A stretch of 64,000 nucleotides of DNA from the human T2T-CHM13v2.0 reference genome, Homo sapiens: the NCBI RefSeq assembly GCF_009914755.1, contig NC_060931.1; one strand, given 5' to 3'. Positions 1 through 15,972 of this stretch are shown piece after piece. Under the pieces are notes generated by a model. The model was not told the origin of the DNA, searched no databases, and worked only from the letters and a program-made list of their open reading frames with translations. Within the stretch, counting starts at the first letter, position 1, and each line of letters starts with the position of its first letter. The position numbers and the translations under genes were made by a program.

Positions 1-159
1 CCTATCTGCCAAAGAATTTTTAAACTACATAACTGACAAATAACCTCAGCTGTAATTTATGGATCTTTCCTCCATGGGAAATAGATAGTTATATCTGGTT
101 TTTCATAAAAATTGCCTTATAACACTGTAAAAGCTGAGAGATCTTATTAGGACCACTGA

Positions 160-160
<1 letters not shown>

Positions 161-206
<46 letters not shown>
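161..206. repeat. (CA)n microsatellite
   Basis: Uninterrupted run of about 22 CA units. Confidence 0.97.
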
Positions 207-207
<1 letters not shown>

Positions 208-2990
208 CAGAGCAACAGCAAAACAGCAGCCACATTTTGTGTCTTTAATGAAGGATACATTCTGTATGTAGCCCCATTAGATTTCTCATTCTCAGTCTAA
301 TGTTATTATATTCCTTTTTTAAAATGTTTAAATTTCATTGATACTCTTCCAATTCCCTCTCCCAAAAGGGTATTCTGGTCACATCATTATCTGCCTTCCT
401 AATTAGAATATTATTACTTTAGGAAAAGCATGATATGTAATGTATTTAGATGGTGGTGTTTATTGAGTTGCATATGTATTTATGTGAAAGATAGCAATTT
501 TAAAAAATCTCATGTATATATCAAGACTCCATAATGCTTCCTTATGTATCCAATTGCTTATCTGTCATCCACATCCAGGCTTTTTAAGAGGTCAGTATGT
601 ATAAAACTATATCATTATCCCTCCTTATACGTAGTCCTCTTTCCATATTCATATTTCAGTGAATGCCATGACCATCTTGTTTTTCCTCAATGAGCATTTT
701 AATACGCTATCTCCTAAATAGCCCCTAAGTCTATCTGCTCCCCTTCTCCCCCAGTGTTATTGTAACCACTCCCCTGAATTAACATCATAGGCTCCGAACC
801 CAATTCTTCTCCTGGATTTTGTGGTCTTATGCTATTTCCACTCATTCTCCAAATGTAACCGGAAAGACCATCCCAAAATGTAATACAAACCTTTTTAAAT
901 GCCCATTTAAAACCCTTTGGGGTGGTTGTTGGTCTACTTTATTTTTTATTCTTTTAGAAGAAATTTAAACTATTTAACATGGCTAAGATTTCTTCCAGGT
1001 TTGCTTCCTTCTTTAGCCTCACCATTCCCCTTCTGAATAATCCATTGCTTTAGTTGTAGGAAGCTGTCTTTATTTTTACAATGGATTTTGTATTTCTATT
1101 GACTCATTGTCCTTCCTTTTTAGATAAGAAATCTTGCCCAGTGACCCTTTCCTCTACCAGAACTCACTTAGGTATCCCTGTTGCTAGATACTTGGATATG
1201 ATTTCCCCACTTTTACTACTTGTCCACTGTATTTTAATTGTTTACGTTATGTCTGTATCTCCCCACCAGATTGTAAGCAATCTGTGTCCTGTTCATCTTC
1301 TAATATACACCACCAACACCCAACATTACTCAGTTCATACATTTTCAGTGCATTTTTTCTCTTGTTCTCCAGCTTTCTTTTCATATCCCCTTAGTAGCAA
1401 CTTATGTTACAGCCTCATTGTTTAAATTATGCTAGAAAATACTCATATTAAAGATTCAATTACATATAAAAATAAAAATATACTAAATGACTACTAAATT
1501 CTGTCAAACACTTAAAGATACTTACTATGGGGACATCAAAATAAGACTTAATTTGCTAAAATATTTTTTATGTTACTGAAAACAAGATGTTTCAAACCTT
1601 AGCATATTTCTAGGTTGTATCACTCCTTTTATTTTATCTTTTTCTCATAGGCAATATTTTTTTTCCTATTGAACATATGATATAGCTATTATTATCTTGA
1701 TTTATATGCTGGAAATAATGAAGTTGGAAAAAGGGTTTAAGAAGTAATTCTTATGCCCCTTGATAAGGCTGGACTTAAAACTTCTGAATGATAAACCTGT
1801 TTAATTTCAAAACAACCTGAGAATGTATGCTTCAGGAACAATGTAGCATGGGCTTCAATTATAACCAATTTTATATAAAGATAGAATGCAATTTGTTCAA
1901 AAATTGTATTTTGACAATGGGTAATACTGCTTGACATTACAAAATACTGCAAAACATTTTATAGTGGACTTATAAGTAACTTAAATACTGAAATATTTAT
2001 GTATACATTCAGATAGCAAAAATAAAATATTGGTCATATTTTCCCATTTGGAAAACTTTAGTGTTTCTTTGAGCAACATGATAAAAATCTAAGTTTAACA
2101 AATAGAGTAAGTTTGTAGTTCATTCCCAGCTCTGTGACCCCTTGCTTGTCTTTTCCTGTTTAGTTTTTAGCTTACTTGGTTACATAACCATTGCTTTTAC
2201 TTAAAGGTCAGCCAAGAGTAAAGTTATATCTTGCTGGAGGTGAGATGTAAACAATGTCTGATCTTGCCCTGCCATTTTTCTTAAATCTTCCACAGAGCTG
2301 GGTGAAAATGTGCCAGTATTCATAAAAGAAGATTATGTTTTAGAATCTGTATTGTATTATTCAATAAATATTTCAAGGTGTCTGCAAACAGGGATTAATG
2401 GGTATTATATTTCAGGAAACCAGAAAAGTATCAACCCAAAGAATTAAATAAAACACTCATGTTTGATGCTCATATAAACTGTAACTTAAAATAAAATGTG
2501 TGTAAACTTCCCTTTCCTTTTGTTTCATTTTCTTGTCATAAAATAACACAGAATAAAATGAAATGAGACGAAAATGAAAAGATATTTTAAAAATCTAAAA
2601 TTGACCTTCACACTGAAAAGCAATGCCTTTCTTCAGTCATCAGTGCTAATAGTCAGCAATGGTGTCTGTGTGCAATTAAAACATCTGGATGAAAAATACA
2701 TGCGTTAACATCTCAGCGTTATCTTTCACTAACACTGCACTGTACACTAGTGCAATTGGAGGCATCTGGACATGAGGAGACAGTACTATAAAATATTTCA
2801 ACACAAATTTTGGGTGTAGTAGGTATTCAAACATCCAATTTTATTAAAATGACTGAATTCTATGGAATTATTGGCTTTTAAAAAACGTATTCTATTTATG
2901 TCATTATTAGAAAAGCGTTTGTACATTATGAGTTGGATCTTCATCAATACTTGTACTTGAGAGACTCATTAGTGATCTTAAATGAGTTTC

Positions 2991-5900
2991 ATTTTTTACT
3001 TTTTTAATTTTTTGTGGGTTCATAGGTGTATATATTTATGGGGTACATGAGATATTCTGGTACAGGTATGCAATGCAAAAATGGAAAATTGCATCATGGA
3101 AAATTGGGTATCCATTCCCTCAAGCATTTATCCTTTGTTTTACAAACAATCCAATTATACTCTTTCAGTTATTTTAAAATGCACAATTAAATTATTATTG
3201 AATATAGTTTCCCTGTTGTCCTATCAAATACTAGGTCTTATTCATTCTACCTATTTTTTTGTACTCACTAACCATTCCCACTCCCTCACCCTGCTTCCCC
3301 CACTACCTTTCCCAGTCTTTGGTAACCATCCTTCTATTCTCTATTTCCATGAGTTCAATTGTTTTGATTTTCAGATCCCATATATAAGTGAGAACATGCC
3401 AAGTTTGTCTTTCAGTGCCTGGATTATTTCACTTAACATAACGACCTCCAGTTACATCCATGTTGTTGCAAATGACAGAATCCATTCTTTTTTAGAATGA
3501 GATTCTGGATAGTACTCCATTGTGTATAAGTACCACATTTTATTTATCTATTCATCTGCTGATGGACACTTAGGTTGCTTCCAAATCTTGGCTATTGTGA
3601 TCAGTGCTGCAACAAACATGGGAGAGCAGATATCTCTTCGATATACTGATTTTTTGGGGGGTATACACCCAACACTGGGATTGCTGGATCATATGGTAGC
3701 TTTATTTTTAGTTTTCTGAGGAACCTACAAACTGTTTTCCATAGTGGTTGTACTAATTTACATTCACACCAACAGTGTACAAGAAATCATTTTTCTCTAA
3801 ATCCTCACCACCATTTGTTATTGCCTGTCTTTAGGATAAAGTTATTTTGATTAGGGTGAGATGACATTTCATTGCAGTTTTGATTTGCATTTCTCTGATG
3901 ATCATTCATGGTGAGTACCTTTCCATATGCCTATTTGCCATTTGTATGTCTTTCTTTGAGGAATGTCTATTCAAATCTTTTTCCCATATTTAAATCAGAT
4001 TATTAGATTTTTTTCTATAGAGTTGTTTGAGCTGGTTATTTTCTGGTTATTAATCTTTTGTCACATGGGTAGTTCGCAAATATTTTCTTCCATTCTATGG
4101 GTTGTCTCTTCACTTTGTTGATTGTTTCCTCCACTGTGCAGAAGCTTTTCAAATTGATATCATTTCATTTGTCCATTTTCCTTTGGTTGCATGTGCTAAT
4201 GGGGTATTACTCAAGAAATTTTTGCCCAGACCAATGTCCTGGAGAGTTCCTTCAATGTTTTCTTGAAGTAGTTTCATAGTTTGAGATCATAGATTAAGTA
4301 TCTAACTCATTTTGATTTGATTTTTGTATAAGGTGAGAGATAAAGGTCAAGTTTCCTTCTTCTGCACATGCCTATTAAGTTTTCCCAGCCCCATTTGTTG
4401 AAAAGACTGTCTTTTCTGTAGTGTATGTTCTTGTCATCTTTGTCAAAAATAAATTCACTGTAGGTGTATGGATTTGTTTTTGGGTTGTGTTCTGTTCCAT
4501 TGGTCTATGTGTCTGTTTTTATGCCAGTACCATGCTGTTTGTGTTACAATAGCTTTGTAGTACAATTTGCAGTCAGGTAACGTGATTCCTCCAGTTTTGT
4601 TCTTTTTGCTTAGAATAGCTTTGGCTCTTTTAGGTCTTATGTGATCCATATAAATTTTAGGATTGCTTTCTTCTCTTTCTGTGAAGAATGTCATTGGTAT
4701 TTTGATAGAGATTGCATCAAATCTGTAGATTGAGTAGTATGGACATTTTAACAATATTGATTCTTCCAATCTATAAACAAGAAATATCTTCCATTTTATT
4801 GTGTTCTCTTCAAATTCTTTCATCAGTGTTTTATAGTTTTCATTGTGAATATCTTTCACTTCTTCAGTTAATTCCTAGGTATTTAATTTAATTTGTGGCT
4901 ATTGTAAATGGGATTACTTTTCTGATTTGTTTTTCAGCGTTCACTGTTGGCATACGGAAATGCTACTGATTTTCATTAGGTGATTTTGTATTCTGCAACT
5001 TTACTAATGTTGTTTATCAGTTTTAATAACTTTTTAGTGGAGTCTTTAGGTTTCTCCAAATATAAGATCATATCATCTGCAAACAAGGATAATTTAACTT
5101 CTTCCTTTTCAATTTGGATGCCCTTTATTTCTTCTCTTGTCTGATTGCTCTAGCTAAGACTTCCAGTACTATGTTGAATAACAGTGGTGACAGTGGGTAT
5201 CCTTGCTATGTTCCCAATCTTAGAGGAAAGGCTTTCAGTTTTTCCCCATTCACTATGATACTAGAGGTGGGTCTGTCATATATGGCTTTCATTTTGTTGA
5301 TGTATGTTCCTTCTATACCCATTTTTTTTAGGATGTTTATCATGAAGGGATGGTGACCTTTATCAAATGTGTTTCCAGCATCAATTGAAATAATCATATA
5401 GTTTTTGTACTTAATTCTGTTGATATGATGTATCACATTGATTGATTTGCATATGATGAACCGTCCTTGCATCCCTGGAATAAATCTAAGTTGGTTACGA
5501 TGAAAGATCTTTTTAATGTATTGTTGAATTTCGTTTGCTAGTATTTTATTGAGGATTTTTGCATCAATATTCATCAGAGATATTGGCCTGTAGTTTTATT
5601 TTTTGATGTGCCTTTGTATGGTTTTGATATCAGGGTAACACTGGCCTTGTAGAATGAGTTTGGAAGTATTCCCTCACCCTCTATTTTTCAGAACAGTTGA
5701 GTATGATTAGTAATAGTTCTTTAAATGTTTGGTAGAATTCAGCAGTGAATCCATTGGGTCCCAGGCTTTTCTCTACTAGTCAACTTTTTATTACAGCTTC
5801 AATCTCATTAATTGTTACTGGTCTGTTGAGGTTTTGTATTTCTTCAAGGTTTAGTCTTGGTAGGTTTTATATGTCTAGGAATTTATCCATTTAAAAAAAT

Positions 5901-8900
5901 TTTCCAGTTTATTGGCATATAGTTGCTCATAGTTGCCACTAATGATCCTTTGAATTTCTGCAGTATCAGTTGTAATGTCTCCTTTTTTATCTCTGATTTT
6001 AATTATTTGGGTCTTCTCTCCTTTTTTCTTAGTCTAGATAAAGGTGTGTCAATTTTGTTTATCTTTTAAAAAAACCAACTTTTTGTTTCGTTGATCTTTT
6101 GTATTGTTTTCTTCATTTCAAATTCATTTATTTCTGCTTTGATCTTTATTGTTTATTTTCTCCTACTAATTTTCAGTTTGGTTTGCTCTTGCTTTCCTAT
6201 TTCTTTAAGATGCATCATTAGATTATTTATTAGAAGCTTTTCTTCTTTTTTGATGTAAGCACTTACAGCTATACATTTCCCTCTTAGTACTGTTTTCCCT
6301 GTATCCAACAGGTTTTCATATATTGTGTTCTCATTATCATTTTTTTCAAGAAATTTTTCAATGTCCTTCTTTATTTTTTCCTTGACCCATTAGTCACTCA
6401 GGAACATATTGTTTAATTTCCATGTGTTTTTATGGTTTCCAAAATTCTTCTTGTTATGGACTTGCAGTTTTAGTCTATTGTGGTCAGAAAAGATGTTTGG
6501 TATTATTTCAACTATTTTGAATATTTTAAGACTCATTTGGTGACCTAACATATGCTTTATTCTTGAGAATGAACCATGTGCTGAGGAGAAAAATGCATAT
6601 TCTGCAGTCATTGGACGAGATGTTCTATAAACATCTATTAAGTCCATCTGTTCTTTAGTACAGATTAAGTCTAATGTTTCTTTGTTGATTTTCTGTCTGA
6701 GAGATCTGTCCAATGCTGAAAGTGGGGTGTTGAAGTATCCAGCTATTATTGTATTGGTGTCTATCTCCCTGTTTAGGAGAGATAACATTTGCTTTATATA
6801 TCTGGGTGTGCCAGTGTTGAGTGCATATATATTTAAAATTGCTATATCTTCTTGCTGAATTGACCCCGTTATCATTATATAATGACATTCTTTGTCTCTT
6901 TTTTTAGTTTTTGTCTTAAAATCTATTTTGTCTCATGTAAGTATAGCTACTACTGCTCTGTTTTGGTTTCCATTTACAGGGAATATTTTCTTCCAACTCA
7001 TTATTTTCAGTCTATATGTATCTTTATAGGTGAAGTGTGTTTCTTGTAGGCAACAGATCACTGGGTCTTGTTTTTTATTGTATTCGTTCAACCACTCCAT
7101 GTCTTTTAATTGGAGAGTTTAGTCCATTTACATTCAATGTTATTTTTGATAAGTAGTGACTTACTTCTGTCATTTTGTTATTTGTTTTCTGGTGGTTTTG
7201 CAGTCTTCTCTTCCTTCTTTCCTGTCCTCCTTTTAGTGAAGGTGATTTTCTCTGGTAGTAGGCTTTAATTTCTTGCTTTATTTTTCAATTTGAGGTCACC
7301 ATGAGGCTTGCAAATACTATCTTATAATCCATTATTTTAAACTGGTAACACCGATTGCATAAACAAAGATGCAAAAAGAAAACTAATATAAACTCTACAC
7401 TTTAACTCAGCCCCCACCCCACTTTTTAACTTTTTTCATCTCTCTTGATGTCTTATTGTACTATGTCATGAAAAGTTGTTGTAGTTGTTATTTTTGATTG
7501 GTTCATCATTTAGCCTTTGAACTTAAGTCAAGAGAAGTTTCCACACCACAATTACATTGTTATACTATTCTGTGTTTTTCTGTGTGCTTACTATTACCAG
7601 TGAGTTTTATAGCTTTAGATTATTTCTTCTTGTTCACTAAGATCCTTTTCTTTCAGACTGAAGAACTCCCTTTAGCATTTCTTGCAGGACAGCTCTGGTG
7701 TTGATAAAATCCCTCAGCTTTTGTTTATCTGGGAAGTTCTTTATTTCTTCTTCATGCTTAATGGATTTCTCTAGATAAACTATTCTAGGGTAAAAGGTTT
7801 TTTTTTTGTTTTTTTTGTTTTTGTTTTGTTTTGTTTTGTTTTTTTATCCTGGCACTTTAAATATGTCTTATCATTCTCTCCTGGCCTGTAAAGTTTCCAC
7901 TGACAAGTGTGCTGCCAGACATACTGGTGCTCCATTGTATGTTACTTGTTTCTTTTCTCTTGCTGCTTTTAGCATCCTTTCTTCATCCTTGATCTTTGGG
8001 AGTTTGATTAATAAATGCCTTGATGTAGTCTTCTTTGGGTTAAATCTACTTGCTGTTCTATAACCTTCTTGTACTTGAATGTTGATGTCTTTCTCTAGGT
8101 TTGGGAAGTTATTTCTTATTAGCCGTTTGAATATACTTTCCACTCTTATCTCTTTCTCTACTTCTCTTTTAAATCCAATAACTTTTCTATTTGCCCTTTT
8201 AGTCTATTTTTGAGATCTTGAGGTGTGCTTCTTTTTTTAATTCCTTTTTATTTTGTCTCCTCTGACTGTGTATTTTCAAATAGCCTCTCTTCAAGTTCAC
8301 TAATTCTTTCTTCTCTGAGTGGTTCTGCTATTAAGAGACTCCAACTCATTGTTTAGTACAGCAGTTGCATTTTTCAACTCTGTAATTTCTGCTTGATTCT
8401 CTTGAGTTAATTCAATCTCTTTGTTAAATTTATCTGACAGAATTCTGAATTCCTTCTCTGTATTATCTTGGATTTTTTTGAGTTTCCTCAAAACAGCTGT
8501 TTTGAATTCTCTGTCTGAAATGTCGCATATCTGTTTGTCCAGGATTGGTCCTTGGTGCCTTATTTAGTTCATTTGGTGAGGTTACGTTTTCCTGGATGTT
8601 GCTGATGCTTATAGATGTTTTTCAGTATCTGGGCATTTAAGAGTTAGGTATTTATTGTAGTCTTCACAGTTTGGGCTTGTCTGTGCCTGTCCTTTTCAGG
8701 AAGGCTTTCCACATAGACAAACCCAGGCCTAATAATGCTGTGGTTTTTGCAGACTCGAAGAGGTACTGCTTTGGTGGTCTTGGATAAGGTCTGGAAGAAG
8801 TGTCTGGATTGCTAGGCAAAGACTCTTATTCTTTTCTCCTACTTTTTCCCAAACATGGAGTCTCTTTCTCTGTGATGAGCCACCTGGAACTGAGGGTGTG

Positions 8901-9500
8901 GTGATGCAAGCACCCCTGTGGCCATCACCACTGGGATTGCTCTGGGTCAGACCTGAAGCAGTACAGTACTGGGCCCTGCCCAAGGCCCTTTCCTTCATAG
9001 TGGCGAGTTCCCCCAGTCCTGAGTCTGCCCAGAGATACTGTCTGAGAGCCAGGAATTGGAGTCAAAAACTTTAGCAATTTACCTGATGTTCTATTCTACT
9101 GCAGCTAAGCTGGCACTCAAACCATAATGCAAAGTCCTTGCCACTCTTTCCTCCCCTTTCCATGGTCAGAAGAGTCTCTCCCTGTGGCCACCACCACCGC
9201 CATTACTCCACAAGGGGTTCTGCCAAGCCACTGTCAATGTTTGCTTAAAGCTCAAGGGCTCTTCCATCAGCTTGGGTTGAATGCTGCCAGGCCTGGGCCT
9301 CACTCTTCAGGGCAGTGGGCTCCACCCTGGCCCAGGTCAGGCCCTGAAATACTGTCTGAGATCCCAGGCTTGGATTCAGGGACCTCAAGATCCTGCTTAT
9401 AGCTCTACCTCACTGTGGCCTAGCTAGTACATGATTTATGCTTTTGGTGATGGTGCTTTTCTGTGTATAGACAGCAGTTAAAATTTGGTGTTGCAGTGGT
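2991..9500 (-). mobile_element. Near full-length decayed LINE-1 (L1MA/L1PB-age)
   Basis: T-rich tail and L1M-type 3'UTR at ~2991-3700. Minus-strand ORF2 fragments 4455-4859, 5206-5574 (RT: [19 protein letters not shown]) and 6390-6875 (endonuclease: LNIYA.N, FSDHN). ORF1 fragments 7871-8143 and 8300-8491. 5'UTR-like GC-richer sequence to ~9500. Confidence 0.92.
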
Positions 9501-12500
9501 GGGGGTGGGGGTAGGTTGTGGGTGGTGGGGAAGGAGGCGAACAGTGCTCTGCCCTGGGTTTCTTATTTGTTGTATGGGAGGTGGAGTTGGAAGGCCTTGG
9601 TATTTAAAGCTCTCTTGGAGTTGTCACTATGTTACAACTGCATGTTTCTGAACTATACTTAACCCTAACACTGGGCCCCAAATGGGCCTAATCAAACCTA
9701 ACACAGGTGGTAACGCAGCATGGCATCATGTCACCATTTTCTTTGGCTTCTTGGATCTTCAGCACTACTTTTGTGTTTGATCTCAGGTGCATGTTCCATG
9801 AGAGCAGGTACTTGGTCTCACTCACCATTGACTCTCTAGTATTTTCCATCACATTTGGCCCAGAGTAAATGCTCAACAATTATTTATTAAATAAATGAAT
9901 GAATTCAGGAGCTTCTCTTAACCTTAAAAATTAGCTTTTAGAATTTATGGCACAGCTTTTTTTGGTGCAATTTAAAAAGCCTCCTCAGATGTATACAGCT
10001 TTGGAACATATCAATCTATTTATTTTTTGAAAACAAGTTTTACTAAGACATATTCCTTTATTTAGTTTTTTTTAATTTTTATTTTTTGTTAGTCAACAAT
10101 CTTCACTATGTGTAGAACATTATACTGGAAACTTGGGAAGTTACAAAATATATAGAATATATATCCTATAATGAGATTTGGAACCCTTTGTTCATCTCCA
10201 TATTCCTTGGAGGAAGTAAACTTTATAAACTATCAGAATCTTTATAAAAATAAATCTCCATACAAGTACATATTTGCAGATAAATGTGTAAGGATATAGT
10301 TATGTGACCAAATTTTATTACTGGTTAAAAAATGTCATAATTACCCAAATCATAACAGAATACATTCTTGATGTAAAAGATTTAATATATTGCAACAAAC
10401 AAACAAGAAACACAGGGTAAAACGAAAAATTCTTCTTTTGTTCCTAACTCCTTTTTCTTCAATTTACTTCTCCTGAGATAACATCAGAAGCACTGTTAAT
10501 AGATTAGATGTGTTTCAAACATTACATTTTTAATGAATTTATTTTTCCACATATATGTATTATTCTGTATCTTGCATCTTTCACCCAGCAATGTGCCTTA
10601 GACATTTTTCAAAGTTAATAAAAATTAGATTTATCCCATTTAGATACTACTAAATTATTTGGCCTTAAACATTTGTTAAATTTAACCTAGTTTTATATTT
10701 TGTCGATAGGCATATATAAACAATGTTTTATTTTCTAGGTTAATTTATTTTTTATTATTTTGTCATAGTCCATACTTTTGGCAAGGTGCTGAGATGACTT
10801 CATTGTTGGACTATTTAGCATTTAAGATACCAGTTGATATAAAATGTACTTTATCTGTATTACATGCCTTTAATAAAATAGTAGGTAATGCTTTTTAATT
10901 TTTGTCAATTTTTAAGCTACAAAGTGGTTTATAGATTCTGTTTTTCTAATTATATTCAACCTCTCATGCAGAAGCATTGTTCTTTCTCCCTTTAGTGCAA
11001 TGACACCAGTGTCTATCTTGTGCTATTTGCAAATGGAATGTTTCTGGGAAAGGGGTTATAAAAGCAAATAGTTCTTAAATAATAACTGATATATTTATAA
11101 AAACCTAGAAGGATTTCCAGGAATAACTGCTACAAATGAGAATTTTTTTCGTTGTGTTTGTCTCAAATTATTTTCTATCACTTCATTTTGATGAACCATG
11201 ACCAATCTAACTGGATATCGTTTTAATAGAAAATTAAGCATTTAGAAGTCAGACAGTGGATGTCTTAAAATATATGTCCTGGTGCTGTGTAACCTTCCCT
11301 TTAACAAGTACATTGCTATGATACGTGTTCATATCAGAGAACTCAATCAAAATTTGTAATTTCTTAAAACAAGTAACAAGTCTAGTGAAGAATAAAAAAA
11401 AATTTCTCTCTGGCTCTGAAATGGAGTTTTCTTTATCAATAGTGAATAACCTGAGTGCTCATGGCCAGAGAATAAGAATGTACCAAACTGTAACATTACA
11501 AGAGGCTGGCTCAGGGAGGTCACCAGCCATAGAAAAAAAAAAGGAAGGGCACGATTAACTCTCACTTACAAAATGCAAGCGTATCATGCCCACTGATCTA
11601 GATTTAGATCCAGGCTACAATGTATTTTATGTGAAGAAATTATTAAATTTGCACATTAGCCTACTTTTGAGTCATAATAAGTTTCTTTAGCACAAAATGT
11701 CCTGAGAGTGAGAAAGGGATTCCTGCTTTACCCCAGAGAGCAATGCAGCGATTAATTCCACCACCTGAAGCAAAAGAACTCAGAGCAAAGATCTGCCTTT
11801 TACATGACAATCCCAACTGAGAAAAATGGTTTCTTTCCGTGTTCTTTAATATATTTTGTTTCACACAATATATAAGTTTTCTAGTCTCCCTATTATTAAG
11901 CCATTTATGCTACATGAATTATCTTTCATATGTAGGGTACTTTAAAAATCTTAACAAACATCAACCTGAGCCATTCAACCCTCTCTGTATTTAATTCACT
12001 ATTATTTGGTCTATTAGAAAGGATAATTTCTAGTGTTGTTTTGGGTTCTGAGAATGTATGTTTCCCATATGAAAGTTTTATTTTAAGTACCTTACTTCCA
12101 AAGGAATATATTCTTGGGTGTATAAGTCAGAACTGCTTTCCTAGTCACTGAACTGAATACTTACACTGAACAAAAGTTAAATTTATTATGTACTTCATAT
12201 TCACAATTTCCTTTCTAAACTTTGAATTAGATAGAATATAATACTGGGAATTTAGTTTATTATTTGTGAACAAATCTAGAGATTCTGTTAAGTGTGTGTG
12301 TTTGGGGGAGGTGGTGGTGAGGATCAAGAGAATGTGTCTAAAATGTTACCATAGTCCTAAACGTTATTTAATAAATCACTTGAAAACTAGCTTTTATCCA
12401 TAGTAGTATAATGAGATTACATTTTCAGAGATTACTATTAAAGATTAAAAGTCAAAGGAAATGATCCTTTTTCTGTCTTCAATCTCCTTGATTTCACAGT

Positions 12501-12534
12501 AACATATATGGCATCTTCGGCATCTGTTTCCTAT

Positions 12535-13000
12535 ATCAATCAGAACTTTGGGTCACAAGTTATAAAAAGCCCAACTCCAACTTGCTTAAGTAAAAAGAGA
12601 ATGTATTGGCTCACAGAAATAGGAAGAAGATGGATATTCCTGGTCACTGAAGCCATGAACTAATGGAACTCTTGTAATCTCCATCTCTCCTTCTGTTTCT
12701 TTCTGTGTATTAGGACCTTTTTCTCCTACAACAAATAGATACACTTCATTTGGCACAGAATGAATGGTTATTTGCAGCTTGAGTCATTCTTAACAGTTTA
12801 TGAATCATGGAAAAAGAGAATTTATCTTTTCCAGTAACTGTAAATCTCTGGGAAGGACTCTAGTTGGGATCAACTTTGTTCCATCATGATTACTCAGGCC
12901 AAGGCCATACCCATCCCTGGGACCACAAGGCTATGCACAATGATTGGAAACACCAACAGAACCTTGTCAAGCTGGGGGCAGGGGGTGTTAATCCCCAGAT
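12535..13000 (-). mobile_element. Old MaLR LTR fragment (MLT1J/K-like)
   Basis: Resemblance to recalled MLT1 end (aactccaacttgcttaagtaaaaagagaatgtattggctcac); highly diverged. Confidence 0.45.
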
Positions 13001-14767
13001 GATGCAGGGGAGGGAAGAAGGGGAAAGGGTTTAAGGAAGCATTTTATTTCTCCTGATTGTCCTTTGACACCTCTGCTTTATTTTTCCCAACCACTGCATT
13101 GGCTGCTCATCCTCTTCTTATCCCCTACCTCTCATTTAGGCATTCTCTAACATTATACTCTTTTAGAAATTTACATCTCGTCCAGAAATAGCTCTTCTTA
13201 ACACACAGTCACAACTAGTGTGTCTATGCAAAAGCATTGTTTCTATCTTTAGATATCAGTTTCATCAATATCTACTTGTCACACAAGAGCAAAGTATGAG
13301 TTACAAATTTACCCATTCTCAAGATTATACAATATGGAAGATATACAAACATGCAACAGCCATAATATGGTAATTTTGCACCGATTTCTTAAATCTTAAT
13401 AGAAAATTGTTAAGTACCACTTTTTGCTCTTTCCCAGCACCCCTGAGACTTAAATATGGAATTGACATTCTTACCAATAAAGTAAACTAAGAAATGTAAT
13501 TAATAGAAAGTACTGATTTTCACACATCAGGAATATCAAATGCATATACTTATGCAGAAACATCTGGAAAAACACATCCTTTGAAAGATAAATCTTTGCA
13601 ATGTATTATACGTTATGATAGTTTATACAGTTCCCTCATGTCCAGAATTCTACTAAATGCACAGACTTGAGTCCATCCCACTATATATGTTAGTCACATT
13701 TTCAGTTCTTTCCCTCCTACACAATATATAACATACTCTAGAAGCAACTAGAAAATCCCTTTTAAGACATCACAGCAAAATATAACTGTGAGAAGTTAGC
13801 TTATTTGTGTTCTACTACAGGTGCTGCTCACACCATGTCTGCTGGACAATGGGCCACCACTGGGGAAGGAATAATGCCTTCATGTTGCTTAAAGTAGTCA
13901 ACTGTACATTGTTGTATCTGTGTCACCCATTATAGGGCAGCAAGGACATAATGTAGCAAGTACCAAAGAGAGGAAGCAAGGATTATGGGAGTACAGAGAA
14001 AGGAGAGATTATTTTTTGAAGGAACAAAGTAGACAGAAACACAAATTGGGGAAAAAGATATGTGAAATGTTGGGTGTTTTCAATTGTAAGTTTAAAAACA
14101 TCCATCTAGAAGTTGAAAATTGGAATATAGGATTCAGGGCAGAGTTTTCTACTAGAGACTGAAAGGTGGAAGTCATCTGATTACATGAAATTCTACAAAT
14201 GTTTAGCTGTGTGACTGAGCAAATAATTTCTCACATCTTGATTTCCCTAACTTCATAATGGGGAAGATAGTATCTAATTATTAAGATGTTTTGATGAGGA
14301 TTATCAATCTACATAGGAAAACTTCTTTGCCCAGTTCTTATCAATGAGCCAGCCATTGTTATCAGTATCCTAATTGCCATTACAGTGCACTTGGCTCTAT
14401 GTCAGGCTCAAAGGGCTGATCCTCTGATGAGAGAAAATGAAGTTGTCAAGAAAGAGATTTTAATAGAAAGGACCACTGTAGGAGAATCTCCTGATCATTA
14501 CATTCACTGGCTATTTATCACCCTGTCCTGACTCTTTCTTCATCCCCCAGGATATCCATTTCTTCGCTTTTGTATTTTAATCCCTCCCTATTGGCTAGCA
14601 CTTCTGAAGTATCTGACATCATTGATATGGCTTTGGTTTATTATTAATAATATTGTGCATAGCTTACATTTACTAAGTTCTGACCAAATAATCCTTGCCA
14701 CCAACCTGTAAGGAGGAAATTGAACCAAATTCATAGCAAGTAACTGGCCCATGGTGACACAGAATAA

Positions 14768-15180
<413 letters not shown>

Positions 15181-15605
15181 ATCTAAGCTTCCTCTTTTCA
15201 TAAGAGGAGAAATAGTTGTGCCTATTCCCTCTTTGTCCAAATTCTGCCCATCATCTGAAACCTATTTACAGTCTCAAATGTTTAGGAAAGAGCTTTCTGA
15301 ACACTATGGTCATTATGGTCATTAATAATCTTGTCTTAACCTCAGCGTTCAAATACAACACCTTGCCCGGAGATATATGATTCTGAAAATGGAAACTTCT
15401 ACGTGAGCTACAAGGATTTTTGAAAATAGTAGGATAGTCAGAGTTTGGAAAGGCGACGAGAAGAAATATAACCTATTATGCAGACGTATGTCACAAGTCT
15501 GGGTACAACCCAGGAGTGAAGATGGAGTGCCAGAGGAATGGTGGGGACCACCCCCTTAGGCTGGAGAAACCCAGCGAGATTGGAGATTTTGACAGGTTGT
15601 GGGTT

Positions 15606-15646
15606 TTGATCTTTCTTTTCTTTGTCCCTTTCTTTCTTTTCTTTTC

Positions 15647-15729
<83 letters not shown>

Positions 15730-15972
15730 CCTTCCTTTCCTTCCTTCCTTCCTTCCTTCCTTCCTTCCTTCTTAGATTTTGACAGATTGTGGATTTTGAT
15801 TCCTTCCTTCCTTCCTTCCTTCCTTCCTTCCTTCCTTCCTTCCTTTCTTCCTTCCTTCCTTCCTTCTTAGATTTTGACAGATTGTGGATTTTGATTCCTT
15901 CCTTCCTTCCTTCCTTCCTTCCTTCCTTCCTTCCTTCCTTCCTTCCTTCCTTCCTTCCTTCCTTCCTTCCTT
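15606..15972. repeat. Compound (TTTC)n/(TTCC)n microsatellite with repeated unique spacer
   Basis: TTTC then TTCC arrays, interrupted twice by agattttgacagattgtggattttgat. Confidence 0.95.

Noticed and set aside
9499-9530. G-rich tract with quadruplex potential
   Set aside because: It lies at the decayed L1 5' end with no functional context
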